Shown: positions 21,484 to 32,179, counted from the first letter of the whole stretch. The stretch: 62,720 nt of DNA, filler included, from Eubacteriales bacterium (GCA_045636665.1; 5 parts of 5 records of this genome joined end to end with filler, not necessarily neighbours in it), one strand, 5' to 3'. The notes: generated from the sequence alone by a model not told the origin. Numbers and translations are program-made.

Positions 21484-22101
21484 TTATTTATTAGTGTCGA
21501 TAAATTTCCAATAAGATTTAATGTAATTTACGCCCGAAAGCACAGTGAAAAACAGCATAGCAACCGTTGATATTAAGGTAATCCAACCATAACAGAACGG
21601 TAAAATCACAGGCTCCAGCATAACCGCAGATGTTGCGATGATTTGGGTAACCGTTTTGATTTTTCCAAGACTGCTTGCAGCAATAACAGCACCGCTCGAT
21701 TTTACTACTACAAGGCGCATCGATGTAACCGCAAGCTCTCTGAAAACTACTACAATTGCAGTCCAAAAGAACAGCTGCCTGATTATATCAACAGACACTG
21801 TAGTTGTAAATCCAACGGATTGATAATCGAATATATAACCCGAGAAACATATTGCAAACATAGCGCCGAGTATCAAAAATTTATCGGCAAGCGGATCCAT
21901 AAATTTACCGAAATCGGTAATCAGATTTCTCGAACGGGCAATATGTCCGTCAAGAAAATCGGTAACAGACGCCGCAATAAACAAGCTCGCCGCAATAATT
22001 CTGCTTATATTGGGATCATCAAAAAAATTGTAAGTTAAAAAGAATATGAAAAACGGAATCGCAAATATTCTTCCTAAAGTTAATTTGTTCGGGAGATTCA
22101 T
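21484..22101 (-). CDS. pgsA: CDP-diacylglycerol--glycerol-3-phosphate 3-phosphatidyltransferase
   Basis: MNLPNKLT start; D..DG..AR...G...DP.ADK signature. Confidence 0.93.
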   Translation of the reverse strand: MNLPNKLTLGRIFAIPFFIFFLTYNFFDDPNISRIIAASLFIAASVTDFLDGHIARSRNLITDFGKFMDPLADKFLILGAMFAICFSGYIFDYQSVGFTTTVSVDIIRQLFFWTAIVVVFRELAVTSMRLVVVKSSGAVIAASSLGKIKTVTQIIATSAVMLEPVILPFCYGWITLISTVAMLFFTVLSGVNYIKSYWKFIDTNK

Positions 22102-22124
22102 ATTATTTACCCCTAAAAATTAGA

Positions 22125-23450
22125 TTAGCACACCTTGCCGAAAAGATCGTAATCGAGAACCTCGGTAATCGTAACGTTAACAAATTCGCCCTCTTTTAAG
22201 CGCTTGGGAGCTGTGAAATATACTTTACCGTCAATATCGGGCGCATCGGCATAGGATCTGCCGAAGAAGCATTCAGAAACGGGATCATAGCCTTCACATA
22301 TAACTTTTAGCGTTTTATTAACAAATCCCGCGTTAAAATCATTATGGATTCGATTTTGATCGCTCATAATCGCATCACAGCGCTTTTTCTTGGTTGCAGC
22401 AGTAACCTGTTTGGGCATTTCGTACGCAGGAGTACCTTCCTCGCGAGAATATTCAAAAGCGCCAAGACGCTCAAACTTAACCTCTTTCAAGAAGGAACGC
22501 AATTCGTTAAACTGCTTTTCGGTTTCACCGGGGAAACCAACGATTACGGTACTTCTGATAATTATTTCGGGAACCTCTTTCCTCAGCTTCGCAACAACGT
22601 TTCTGATGCTTTCACTTGTATCTCTGCGATTCATATTTTTAAGCACTTCATCGTTGATGTGTTGAATCGGCATATCAATATACTTAACAAGCTTATCGTT
22701 GTTTTTAAATTCTTCAATTAAGCCATCGGTAATTCTGTCGGGATAACAATACAATACTCTTATCCACTCGATGCCTTCGATTTCGGAAAGTGCCGAAATC
22801 AAGCTGTCAAGAGCATATGTACCGAATAAATCTTCGCCGTATCTCGTGGTATCCTGAGCTACAAGGCAAATTTCCTTAATACCCATTTCGGCGAGGCCTT
22901 CTACCTCTTCGATAATTTCGGTCATATTACGGCTTCTGAACTTACCTCGAATATCGGGAATTACGCAATAAGTACATCTGTTGTCGCAGCCTTCGGCAAT
23001 TTGAACGTATGCAAAATAATCGGGTGTTGTAATTACTCTTTCTCCACCGAGAGCTACCTTGTCGACATCTTTAAAGCTACTAAAGGTTCCGCCTTTATAT
23101 GCGACTTCAACAGCTTCGCAAATATCGTCAAGCGAGCCGGTGCCGAGAATGCAGTTGACTTCGGGAAGCTCTTTTAAAAATTCTTCCCTATAACGCTGCG
23201 GAAGACAACCGGTTACAACAATACCTTTAAGGTCACGATTTTTCTTAAGCCAAGCAATATCAAGAATATTATCAATAGCTTCGTTTTTTGCGCTTTCAAT
23301 AAATGCGCATGTGTTTATAACGATAACGTCGGCTTCGATATCTTCGGCGACTATTTCCATACCGCGATCGACAAGCTTTGCCAACATAACTTCGGTATTT
23401 AAAAGATTTTTGGGGCAACCAAGGGATACAAATCCAACTTTAATGGACAT
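22125..23450 (-). CDS. rimO: Ribosomal protein S12 methylthiotransferase RimO
   Basis: SLGCPKN, NTCAFI, CDNRCTYC, C-terminal TRAM with APDIDG. Confidence 0.95.
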   Translation of the reverse strand: MSIKVGFVSLGCPKNLLNTEVMLAKLVDRGMEIVAEDIEADVIVINTCAFIESAKNEAIDNILDIAWLKKNRDLKGIVVTGCLPQRYREEFLKELPEVNCILGTGSLDDICEAVEVAYKGGTFSSFKDVDKVALGGERVITTPDYFAYVQIAEGCDNRCTYCVIPDIRGKFRSRNMTEIIEEVEGLAEMGIKEICLVAQDTTRYGEDLFGTYALDSLISALSEIEGIEWIRVLYCYPDRITDGLIEEFKNNDKLVKYIDMPIQHINDEVLKNMNRRDTSESIRNVVAKLRKEVPEIIIRSTVIVGFPGETEKQFNELRSFLKEVKFERLGAFEYSREEGTPAYEMPKQVTAATKKKRCDAIMSDQNRIHNDFNAGFVNKTLKVICEGYDPVSECFFGRSYADAPDIDGKVYFTAPKRLKEGEFVNVTITEVLDYDLFGKVC

Positions 23451-23455
23451 AAGTG

Positions 23456-23916
23456 TTACTCACTTTCAAATTTTCTAATAACATCTACTATATCAGCGCT
23501 TGAAAATCCGGCACGGACAGCGCCGGCATAAACCTTCTGCTTGTATTTAATATCAGAAATACGCGACATATCGTACTTTTTTGTTATAAAATTCTCAATA
23601 CGCTCCGATTGATCAAGTTCGGTATACGGATATATGGCATCCTCGATATCTTCTTTTGAGATACCGCGTTTATAAAGTTCATTCTTGATGCGCGTTATTC
23701 CCATATTTTTGAACTCGTAAAAGGTTTCCGCATAACGTTTTGCAAGTGCGTTATCATTAACGTATCCACGTTCAACAAACAACGCGGCAACATCCGCAGA
23801 AAGCTCTTTCTGAAATTGTCTGCACTGCTTGTCACGCAGTAGCTTTGCGGAAAGATCACCGTATGAAAGCAAATCAAACGCTTTTTTAATACACCAAAGT
23901 CTCAAAACCTCAGAGG
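23456..23916 (-). CDS. recX: RecX-family regulatory protein (5' end cut by contig edge)
   Basis: GYVND...A..YA, G..RIKNEL..RGI and RAGF repeats; frame open to the contig end. Confidence 0.8.
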
Positions 23917-24016
23917 NNNNNNNNNNNNNNNNNNNNNNNNNNNNNNNNNNNNNNNNNNNNTTAATTAATTAANNNNNNNNNNNNNNNNNNNNNNNNNNNN
24001 NNNNNNNNNNNNNNNN
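23917..24016. other. Artificial contig linker
   Basis: N44-TTAATTAATTAA-N44 six-frame stop spacer. Confidence 0.99.
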
Positions 24017-25402
24017 AGGCATACCGATTTCGAGAGCGTTAAGGAAGTCCTCGTCGGTGTGGTTAGCTTCCTCGTCGCCTGCGGCAAACTGTTCCTCCTG
24101 AGCGGCAAAGCGTGCACGCTGGTCGATGGGGTCGTTCAATTCGGAATATGCGTTTGCCATTTCCCAACCGTTCATAAAGAATTCGAAACGTTCAACGTAA
24201 TCGGGATTTTCGGGCTTGCGCTTGGTAAGGGGAGAAATTTCCACGGGATGGTCCATAACAAAGGTAGGCTGAATCAGGTGTTCTTCAACGAATTCTTCAA
24301 AGAAGAGGTTGAGGATATCGCCCTTCTTGTGACGGGTTTCAAATTCAACACCCTTTTCCTTTGCAATAGCGCGTGCTTCTTCAAGTGTGTTGATTTCGTT
24401 AAAGTCAACACCGGAATATTTCTTGACCGCATCAACCATAGTAATGCGTTCAAAAGGCTTGCCAAGATCCATTTCGTTACCGTTATATACGATCTTCGTT
24501 GTGCCGAGAACCTCGTTTGCAACGTGACGGTACATATTTTCGGTAAGGTCCATCATACCGTAGTAATCGGTATATGCCTGATAAAGCTCCATAAGGGTGA
24601 ATTCGGGGTTATGACGGGTGTCAACGCCTTCATTTCTGAAAACACGGCCGATCTCGTAAACTCTTTCCAAACCCCCGACGATAAGGCGTTTAAGATAAAG
24701 TTCAAGCGAGATACGAAGCTTAAGGTCTTCGTTAAGCGCGTTAAAATGGGTCTCGAAGGGTCTTGCCGCCGCGCCGCCCGCATTGGAAACGAGCATGGGT
24801 GTTTCAACCTCAAGGAAGCCTTGGGAATCTAAGAAGCGGCGGATAGAGCTGATTATCTTCGAGCGCTTTATCATTGTATCCTTGGTTTCGGAGTTCATGA
24901 TAAGGTCAACGTATCTTTGGCGGTAACGAAGGTCGGTGTTGGTAAGACCGTGATACTTTTCGGGAAGAATTTGCAAGCTCTTGGAAAGGAGGGTAACCTC
25001 GGTCGTGTGGATACTGATTTCGCCCGTCTTGGTGGTGAACACCTTACCCTTGATGCCGACGATATCGCCGATATCAAACTTTTTAAAGCCCGAATATTCG
25101 TCCGCGCCGATATCGTCACGCGCAACGTAGCATTGAATAAGACCCTGAAGGTCTTGAACGTGGCAGAACGATGCTTTACCCATAACGCGCTTGGACATAA
25201 GACGGCCTGCGATGCAAACCTCTTTGCCTTCAAGCTCGGTATAGCTGTCCTTTACGTCTTGGCTATGATGTGTAACGTCATACTTGGTGATTACGAAAGG
25301 GTCCTTGCCTTCTGCTTGAAGATCAGCCAACTTTTGGCGGCGGATCGCAAGAAGACTGTTAAGCTCTTCCGCATTCGCGTTGTTCTTGATTTCTTCACTC
25401 AT
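24017..25402 (-). CDS. lysS: Lysine--tRNA ligase class II (3' end truncated)
   Basis: OB-fold anticodon domain, RYRQRY, GGAAARPF, FRNEG, HNPEF. Confidence 0.97.
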
Positions 25403-25426
25403 AATGATTTTTACTGCCTTTATAAA

Positions 25427-25900
25427 TTACTTGGAAATGTCTGTGATAGTGTATTTAACGACGCCCATAGGAGTTTCAACGTTAATGCTGTCGCCCTTGC
25501 GTTGACCGATAAGCGCTTTGCCCAAGGGGCTGTCATCGCTGATAAGTCCCATGATGGGGTCTGCTTCTGCGGTGGAAACGATCTTGTATTCCGATTGCTC
25601 GTCTGCATCGATATTGTGAACGGTAACCTTGTTACCAACGTTTACCTTATCGGTGCCGAGCTCGGAGTCATCAAGGACTATTGCGTTTTCGAGAGTAGCT
25701 TCGAGGTTGGCAATTTTGCCTTCGATTTCGGCTTGCTCGTTTTTAGCTTCGTCGTATTCGCTGTTTTCCGAAAGGTCGCCGTATGCTCTTGCTTTTTGGA
25801 TAGCTTGAGCAACTTCCTTACGTTTTACTGTTTTAAGATGCTCCAATTCCTGCTGAAGCTTTTTGAGTCCTTCGTGGGAAACGATGATCTGCTTTGCCAT
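25427..25900 (-). CDS. greA: Transcription elongation factor GreA
   Basis: GDLSENSEY; IS..SPLGKAL. Confidence 0.97.
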   Translation of the reverse strand: MAKQIIVSHEGLKKLQQELEHLKTVKRKEVAQAIQKARAYGDLSENSEYDEAKNEQAEIEGKIANLEATLENAIVLDDSELGTDKVNVGNKVTVHNIDADEQSEYKIVSTAEADPIMGLISDDSPLGKALIGQRKGDSINVETPMGVVKYTITDISK

Positions 25901-25941
25901 TTGTTTTTTTCTCCTGATTATTTATGAAAATTATTTAATTC

Positions 25942-27186
25942 TTACTTATTAAGCAATTCGATTGCCTTTTGAAGCTGGGTATCTTCTTCTATGGGCATTT
26001 TAAAGTAACGGTTTTCCCAATGCTCGGAAAGCTTTGTTTCGTAATCGGGCTTAACGCCGATTTTATCGTAGCTTACGTTTGACGGCGGATTATAGAACGC
26101 AATCGAAAGCTTAATCGCGCTTCCGTCGGAAAGCATTCTTGTCGTTTGCATCGTGCCCTTGCCGAACGTCGTTTCGCCAACAATATCGGCGAGCTTGTAA
26201 TCGCGCAATGCCGCTGTGAAAAGCTCTGCGGCGGATGCCGTGTTACCGTTGCAAAGAACTGTCATTTTGCCTTGGATGCTGTTCGCATCGGATTTTTGAG
26301 TTTCGGTCTTTCCGTCTTTATAAACGACGTTTATTATCGGACCTTCGGGAAGGATAACGTCTAAAACCTTAAGTATTTGATCAAGATAACCGCCCGAATT
26401 GTTTCTGACGTCGAAAATGAACTTTTCGCACTTTTCGCTTTGTGCAAGCGCGATTTTTTGAACAAATTCATCCGAAACTCTTGTGTCGGCAAACGAAAGG
26501 ATGCGGATATACGCAATATTGCCGTCGAGCTTTTGATAAAGAACGTTTTCACTTGCAACCGCTTGGCGAGTGATAACGAAATCTATTTCTTCCTCACCGC
26601 GCAAAACGGTTACGTTGACCTTTGTTCCCGCTTCGCCGCGAATCGAATTAAGCACGTCGTAATAAGTGCTTTCGCTTGCTTCGATTCCTTCGGCTTTAAC
26701 GATTATATCGCCGTTTTCAAGACCTGCTTCTTCGGCGGGGGAATCGGGAATAACTCCGAAAATATAAATTCCTTGCGAATCGACGTCATAGGTAGCGTGA
26801 ACGCCGATGCCGACGAAATTGCCGTCACCCGAATCTATCAGTGCGTTATATTCCTCTGCGGTAAGGTAATAGGAATAGTCGTCGCCGAGCGATGCCGCCA
26901 GCGCGGTATAAATATTGTCCCAAACCGCGTCTTCCTCATAATCGTGAACGTAAGAGCTTTCGATCAGCGCAATCAGCGTCGAAAGCTTTTCATACCTGCT
27001 TTTATCGTTGCCGATAAGCTTGATAAGGTCTTGGTATTTGCTCAATTCCGCCGATTCAAGTCGGTTGTCGTTGACTTCCTTTTTATCGTCAACCGAGCTT
27101 ATCGAAAGCGTTGCGACTACCGTCGTAATACAAACGAGCATCGAAACGACAACACAAGCAAATGGGGTTATTCTTTTCTTAAACAT
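25942..27186 (-). CDS. ctpA: S41 carboxy-terminal processing protease with PDZ domain
   Basis: GIG PDZ, DVRNNSGG, TASAAE, TFGKG. Confidence 0.9.
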   Translation of the reverse strand: MFKKRITPFACVVVSMLVCITTVVATLSISSVDDKKEVNDNRLESAELSKYQDLIKLIGNDKSRYEKLSTLIALIESSYVHDYEEDAVWDNIYTALAASLGDDYSYYLTAEEYNALIDSGDGNFVGIGVHATYDVDSQGIYIFGVIPDSPAEEAGLENGDIIVKAEGIEASESTYYDVLNSIRGEAGTKVNVTVLRGEEEIDFVITRQAVASENVLYQKLDGNIAYIRILSFADTRVSDEFVQKIALAQSEKCEKFIFDVRNNSGGYLDQILKVLDVILPEGPIINVVYKDGKTETQKSDANSIQGKMTVLCNGNTASAAELFTAALRDYKLADIVGETTFGKGTMQTTRMLSDGSAIKLSIAFYNPPSNVSYDKIGVKPDYETKLSEHWENRYFKMPIEEDTQLQKAIELLNK

Positions 27187-27204
27187 CAAATGCCTTCTTA
27201 ATAA

Positions 27205-28494
27205 TTATTTGCTCTCTTTCTTGGTGTAATATCCGTCGGGCAGATATTTGTTGGGGTTAACGTAGTTACCGCCAAGACTTGTGTAGGTATTGGTATCGAT
27301 TACGCCGAAGTGGAGGTGGTAGCCCGTTGAACGTCCGGTTGTGCCAACGTAGCCGATAACCTGTCCGGCTTTGACCGCGTCGCCTGCTTTTACGTGGTAA
27401 ACGGGCTTGCCGTTTTGTCCCTTATAGGGCAAATTGCCGTTTTTACCGCTGTTATCCAAGTGTGCGTAAAGCGAGGAAATGCCGTCTCCGTGGTAAACGA
27501 TGATGCATTCGCCGTAGCCGCCGTTCCAAGATGCGCGCGTAACAATGCCGTCCTTAACAGCAACGATGGGAGTACCGCGTGAGCAAGCAATGTCGATACC
27601 CTTGTGGTATTCGGTTGTCGGCTTTCCGAAGGGGTCGCCTCTCCAACCGTATTGGCTGGTTACTCGGTAGCTCGAGGTTTGTACCGGCCAAATGAATGCG
27701 GCAGTAGAGCTGTAATACTTTTTGCGCTCCTCTTCAAGCTTTTTAATCTTTTCCTTGATTTCAACAAGCTTTGCGTTCTTTTCCTTGTATTGCTCGGAAA
27801 GCTCGCCGGAATTCAAATTGAGCTCTGCCGCAATTGTTTCGAATTCCTTCTTTTTCTTGTTCATTTCGAGCTTTGCTCGGTTCAATTCAACAAGATAATC
27901 GTTGTATTTTTCCTGCGTTTCCGCAAGCTCGATTTCGTTTGCTTCAAGGTCGGAAATCGAAACCTCGATATCCTTCAAAAGCATATTTGCCGCGTTCATT
28001 ATATCGTTATAATGGTCGCGTCTTGTGAGAAAGTCCGAAAAATTTTCCGAAGAAAAGAGAAGCTCGAACGAATTTACGTCGCTGTTTTCATATATGAATT
28101 GCATAAGCTTTTTATACATCGACATACGGTATTCGTAGTCCTCGCGGATAATCGCGATTTCGCTTATGACTTGGGCGCGCTTGAGGTCGTAAGACTCCAT
28201 CGTGCCGTTGCGAAGTATAATTTCGGCTTCAAGTGCTTCGATTTCGGCTTGATATTGCACCAAAAGCTCTGCCGTCTGTCCCGATTTGCCTTCTAATTCG
28301 GCAATGTTTTTTGTGATAGCGGCAAGCTCTGCCTGTACGTTTGCAAGCTCGGATTTATACGCCTTGAGCTCGTTTTCGATATCGAAGATGGTTTTTGCCT
28401 CTGCGATTTCGGAGGGCTCGCTTACGGATAAAGCGCCAAGCACGAGAATCATACAAAGAACTACCGCAAACGATCTCTTTAAAAATCTTGACAT
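27205..28494 (-). CDS. Coiled-coil + M23 peptidase (FtsEX-associated peptidoglycan hydrolase)
   Basis: Signal peptide, long coiled coil, HKGID, YAHL and STGYHLHF M23 motifs. Confidence 0.9.
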   Translation of the reverse strand: MSRFLKRSFAVVLCMILVLGALSVSEPSEIAEAKTIFDIENELKAYKSELANVQAELAAITKNIAELEGKSGQTAELLVQYQAEIEALEAEIILRNGTMESYDLKRAQVISEIAIIREDYEYRMSMYKKLMQFIYENSDVNSFELLFSSENFSDFLTRRDHYNDIMNAANMLLKDIEVSISDLEANEIELAETQEKYNDYLVELNRAKLEMNKKKKEFETIAAELNLNSGELSEQYKEKNAKLVEIKEKIKKLEEERKKYYSSTAAFIWPVQTSSYRVTSQYGWRGDPFGKPTTEYHKGIDIACSRGTPIVAVKDGIVTRASWNGGYGECIIVYHGDGISSLYAHLDNSGKNGNLPYKGQNGKPVYHVKAGDAVKAGQVIGYVGTTGRSTGYHLHFGVIDTNTYTSLGGNYVNPNKYLPDGYYTKKESK

Positions 28495-28535
28495 TAAATT
28501 TGCTCCTTAAAATAGTTTGGGGCTTATGTTTGAAA

Positions 28536-29603
28536 TTACGCTTTGAGATATTTCTTAAGCGAAATGCTGGAGGAAACGATACCTGCGAAAAGACCGATCG
28601 CAACGAAGCCGATGCCGACCACGAGCGCATAATCGCTCCAAAAATCGCCTGCGGTTATCGCCGCAACACCGGTTGTGCCTATCGAGGATTGAACGATGCC
28701 CTTAAGCAGATATTCGTAAAGATAATATTCGATGCCGAAGGAGATCGCCGCAGATACGGTACCGATAATAACGCCTTCAACGATAAAGGGCATACGGATG
28801 AAGCTCTTTGTAGCACCGCAAAGACGCATAAAGGTAATTTCGTTTTTTCTTGCGAAAACACCCAACTTAATGGTGTTCATAATAACAAACAGAGAGATAA
28901 TAAGGAAAATTGCCATAAGCCAAAGACCTGCAACGTAAAGCGCGTTTTTGATGCTCATTACGTTTTCATAAAGCTCGGCATGGTCCTTGATATCCTCGGT
29001 CGAAATCGCGTCGTGTTCGGTTCCGTTTGCATCGACAACGGTTATCGAGTCGATACGGTTGCGAACCTTAACGACCTCGTCGAAGTTCGAAAGGTTGATG
29101 AAGGTAATACGGAAGCTGCCGCGGAGAGGATTATCGGTCATCGAGCTTGTGATACCTGCGTGGGTACCTTCGTCGTGGTCATCCTCGTGCTCGTCGGTAA
29201 AAGCGTCAAACCAAGGTTGGTTTTCGTATTTATCCTTGAAATTTTCAAAATGCTCGTCGGGCGAAATATATTTAAAGTTTTCGTCCTTGGGGATGATAAT
29301 ATCATCGGTCCATTTATCGCTTGTCCAATCGATAATAGGCGAATCGTTGCAAATTTTTGCCAATTTTTCGCCGATGTCGATAATTTCGGTTTCGCTGTAG
29401 TCCTTGTCCATCATCACTTCGATGACGTTAAGGTCGTCAATGGCGTTAAAGTTTCTGTCGATAGTGTCGATAACCACAAAAAACGTGCCGACAAGTATCA
29501 TACAGGCGATAAGGACCAAAATCGAAGCGGTGGACATAACGCTGTTTCGGAAAACGCCCTTAAAGCCCTGACCTAAGTTGTAGAAAAATACGCTCGGTTT
29601 CAT
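28536..29603 (-). CDS. ftsX: Cell-division permease FtsX
   Basis: NTIKL...RKNEI..MRLCGAT..FIR.PF..EG; 4 TM; follows ftsE. Confidence 0.9.
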   Translation of the reverse strand: MKPSVFFYNLGQGFKGVFRNSVMSTASILVLIACMILVGTFFVVIDTIDRNFNAIDDLNVIEVMMDKDYSETEIIDIGEKLAKICNDSPIIDWTSDKWTDDIIIPKDENFKYISPDEHFENFKDKYENQPWFDAFTDEHEDDHDEGTHAGITSSMTDNPLRGSFRITFINLSNFDEVVKVRNRIDSITVVDANGTEHDAISTEDIKDHAELYENVMSIKNALYVAGLWLMAIFLIISLFVIMNTIKLGVFARKNEITFMRLCGATKSFIRMPFIVEGVIIGTVSAAISFGIEYYLYEYLLKGIVQSSIGTTGVAAITAGDFWSDYALVVGIGFVAIGLFAGIVSSSISLKKYLKA

Positions 29604-30280
29604 TCTGTAAAATCGCCTCCGATCTTATCGGAAACAACACTGCCGCCTTCAATGCGTATCACGCGCTTTTTGTATTGCTCGATAATATTCATATCGTGAG
29701 TAACAACGATAACGGTTTTTCCGAGTTTGTTAATCTTCACAAGAAGCCCCATAATGCCTTCGGTAAGGTCAACGTCGACGTTGCCCGTAGGCTCGTCGGC
29801 GATAATGGTATCGGGGTTGTTGACAAGCGCGCGTGCAAAGGCAACGCGTTGCTTTTCGCCGCCCGAAAGCTCGCTCGGGAAGGAATCGCTCTTGTGTCCC
29901 AATCCGACAACGTCAAGGAAAAAGGGGACACGCTTTTTAATAAGCGAGGGCTTTGCGCCGACAACTCGCATTGCAAACGCGACGTTTTCATAAACGGTCA
30001 TCTTTTCAAAAAGCTTAAAATCCTGAAAGACGACGCCCATAGTTCTGCGAAGCTTCGAAATTTTCCAGGAACGAATCTTGTCCAAACGGAAGCCGTTTAC
30101 CTCCAATTTGCCCGAAGAAACGCGTTCCTCGCAGATAAGCAGCTTTGTAAGCGTGGTTTTACCTGCGCCGGAGTGTCCGACGATAAAAACGAATTCACCG
30201 TCGTCTATTTGCAACGAAACGTCGTTAAGCGCCGCGGTTCCGTTGCTGTATTCCATCGATACGTTTTCAAATTTAATCAT
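29600..30280 (-). CDS. ftsE: Cell-division ATP-binding protein FtsE
   Basis: GHSGAGKT, VFQDFKL, LSGGEKQR, ADEPTGN. Confidence 0.93.
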   Translation of the reverse strand: MIKFENVSMEYSNGTAALNDVSLQIDDGEFVFIVGHSGAGKTTLTKLLICEERVSSGKLEVNGFRLDKIRSWKISKLRRTMGVVFQDFKLFEKMTVYENVAFAMRVVGAKPSLIKKRVPFFLDVVGLGHKSDSFPSELSGGEKQRVAFARALVNNPDTIIADEPTGNVDVDLTEGIMGLLVKINKLGKTVIVVTHDMNIIEQYKKRVIRIEGGSVVSDKIGGDFTE

Positions 30281-30300
30281 ACGTTATACCGTTATATCAA

Positions 30301-31386
30301 TTAATAAATCGAGGGCTTGCTGATGAGATACTTCTTAACCATCAAAGCAACCTTGAAGGTAATAGCGTGTTCGAACTCACGAAGGTCGAGTCCGGTAAGC
30401 TTCTTAATCTTTTCAAGGCGGTAAACAAGGGTGTTACGGTGTACGAAAAGCTTTCTTGAGGTTTCGGAAACGTTAAGGTTGTTATCAAAGAACGCGTGAA
30501 TGGTGGTAAGGGTTTCACGGTCAAGGCTTTCCAAGGAGCCGCGCTTGAAAACTTCTTGAAGGAACATTTCGCAAAGCGTGGTGGGAAGCTGATAAATAAG
30601 ACGGCCGATACCAAGGCTTTCGTAATTGATAACGTTCTTTTCGGTATCGAATACCTTGCCGACCTCAAGCGCAACCTGTGCGTCTTTATAGGAGCGTGCA
30701 AGCTCTTTTACGTTGGAAACGGTCGAGCCGATACCGATGTGCACCTTAAGATAGAATTCGGATTGAACGGTATCCACGATGCTCTTTGCAACGGTTTCCA
30801 AGGATTTGGTATCGTGCGCCGATTTAAGCTCCTTAACGAGAACAATATCCGATTCGCCGACGTTTATAACGTAATCGTGAAGCTTGTCGGGGAACATATT
30901 CTGAATTACGTCGTAGGGAATAATATCGCCTGCATTGCTGAAGCGGATAAGAATAACGGCGCGGTTAACCTCGCTGTCAAAGCGAAGCTCTTTTGATTTG
31001 ATATAAATATCGCCGGGAAGAATGTTGTCAAGGATTATGTTCTTGATAAAATTGGTTTTGTCGTACTTTTCGTCGTAAAGGGTTTTAATATTCGAGAAGG
31101 AAACCGAAAGAAGCGGGGAAATGCTTTTTGCAATATCATCATCGCCTTCAACGAACACTATGTATTCGATTCTTGCGTGAGAACCGATGGGACGGTAGGT
31201 GTAATCACCGATAACCAAGGTTTCGTAATTATAGGAAAGCTCGTCAAGAATATCTTTGTGAGTGCTTCCTATCTTTGAAAGCTGGCTGCAGGCGATAACG
31301 ACACCCTTATCGTCAATTATGCCGATTTCGCGGTCAACCGCCTCTCTCATTTGATAAATCAAACCCTGAAACAATTTGTTGCTCAT
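30301..31386 (-). CDS. CdaR/PucR-family transcriptional regulator
   Basis: C-terminal HTH LFVHRNTLVYRLEKI; ATG 31386 with AAGGAG. Confidence 0.88.
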   Translation of the reverse strand: MSNKLFQGLIYQMREAVDREIGIIDDKGVVIACSQLSKIGSTHKDILDELSYNYETLVIGDYTYRPIGSHARIEYIVFVEGDDDIAKSISPLLSVSFSNIKTLYDEKYDKTNFIKNIILDNILPGDIYIKSKELRFDSEVNRAVILIRFSNAGDIIPYDVIQNMFPDKLHDYVINVGESDIVLVKELKSAHDTKSLETVAKSIVDTVQSEFYLKVHIGIGSTVSNVKELARSYKDAQVALEVGKVFDTEKNVINYESLGIGRLIYQLPTTLCEMFLQEVFKRGSLESLDRETLTTIHAFFDNNLNVSETSRKLFVHRNTLVYRLEKIKKLTGLDLREFEHAITFKVALMVKKYLISKPSIY

Positions 31387-31672
31387 TGTGCCTTCTCCTT
31401 TTATGTTAAACTTATTATTATGCGGATGAATATACATAGTAATTTTATCTTAATTTTCATCCAAATGCAAGAGGTTTTACAAAAATACAACAAAGAAAAA
31501 CGCTGAAATTTGTATATTTTGCCGCCAAATTTGTTTAATATGCCATTAAAAAGCACAAATGTTAACGAATTATGAACGGAAAATTCGGGTCAAATAATTT
31601 CAATCGCTTATTGACAGTTTGGGAATTGTGGTATATTATATATACAAGGAAAAAACAAAAAGGAGATATATT

Positions 31673-32047
31673 ATGAACGGTCAACAGCCTAACTATCAAC
31701 AACCCAATTATCAACAACCCAATTATCAGCAACCCAACTATCAACAACCCAACTATCAACAGCCTAACTATCAACAGCCTCCCGTTGCACCCAAAAAGCA
31801 GGGCAACTTCCTCAACAGCATTGTGGATTTGGTTGTAAAATGCCTTCCCATTCTCACCTTCGTATTCCTTTGCATCGGCGCGGTTGCATTTGTTTATTAC
31901 TTCATTATGGGTATCGCTAATTCCATCGGCCTTTTCTCGAGCTTCGGTAACTTCTTCAGCGGTATCGCAAACGGCATTTCGTCGCTCGCTCGCTATGCCT
32001 TCTATGCAGTAATCACAGCAGTTCTTACCAAAATCCTCAAGAAATAA
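31673..32047 (+). CDS. Small membrane protein with N-terminal QQPNY repeats
   Basis: AAGGAG RBS, TTGACA at 31611, hydrophobic C-terminal half, terminator downstream. Confidence 0.8.
   Translation: MNGQQPNYQQPNYQQPNYQQPNYQQPNYQQPNYQQPPVAPKKQGNFLNSIVDLVVKCLPILTFVFLCIGAVAFVYYFIMGIANSIGLFSSFGNFFSGIANGISSLARYAFYAVITAVLTKILKK
31682..31780 (+). repeat. 15-bp tandem repeat x6.6 encoding (QQPNY)n
   Basis: CA(A/G)CA(A/G)CC(C/T)AA(C/T)TAT units with synonymous variation only. Confidence 0.95.
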
Positions 32048-32062
32048 ATTACATAGCTTTAT

Positions 32063-32094
32063 AAAAGACAGAGAAGTTCGTTCTCTGTCTTTTT
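32063..32094 (+). terminator. Intrinsic terminator
   Basis: AAAAGACAGAGAA-GTTCG-TTCTCTGTCTTTTT. Confidence 0.8.
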
Positions 32095-32103
32095 GTTTTC
32101 CTA

Positions 32104-32156
32104 TTGACAAAACAAATGCAGTGTGATAAAATACATTTAACAATTAGGTTAAATGT
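32104..32156 (+). promoter_or_regulatory. sdpRI promoter with palindromic operator
   Basis: TTGACA-N17-(TG)TAAAAT followed by ACATTTAAC-N6-GTTAAATGT. Confidence 0.75.
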
Positions 32157-32179
32157 TAAATGAAAGCGAGGAGATGGGT

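Noticed and set aside
23917..24016. Recurring TTAATTAATTAA palindrome flanked by Ns (also 44422, 48974, 57351)
   Set aside because: Identical 100-nt artificial contig spacers with stops in all six frames; not biological
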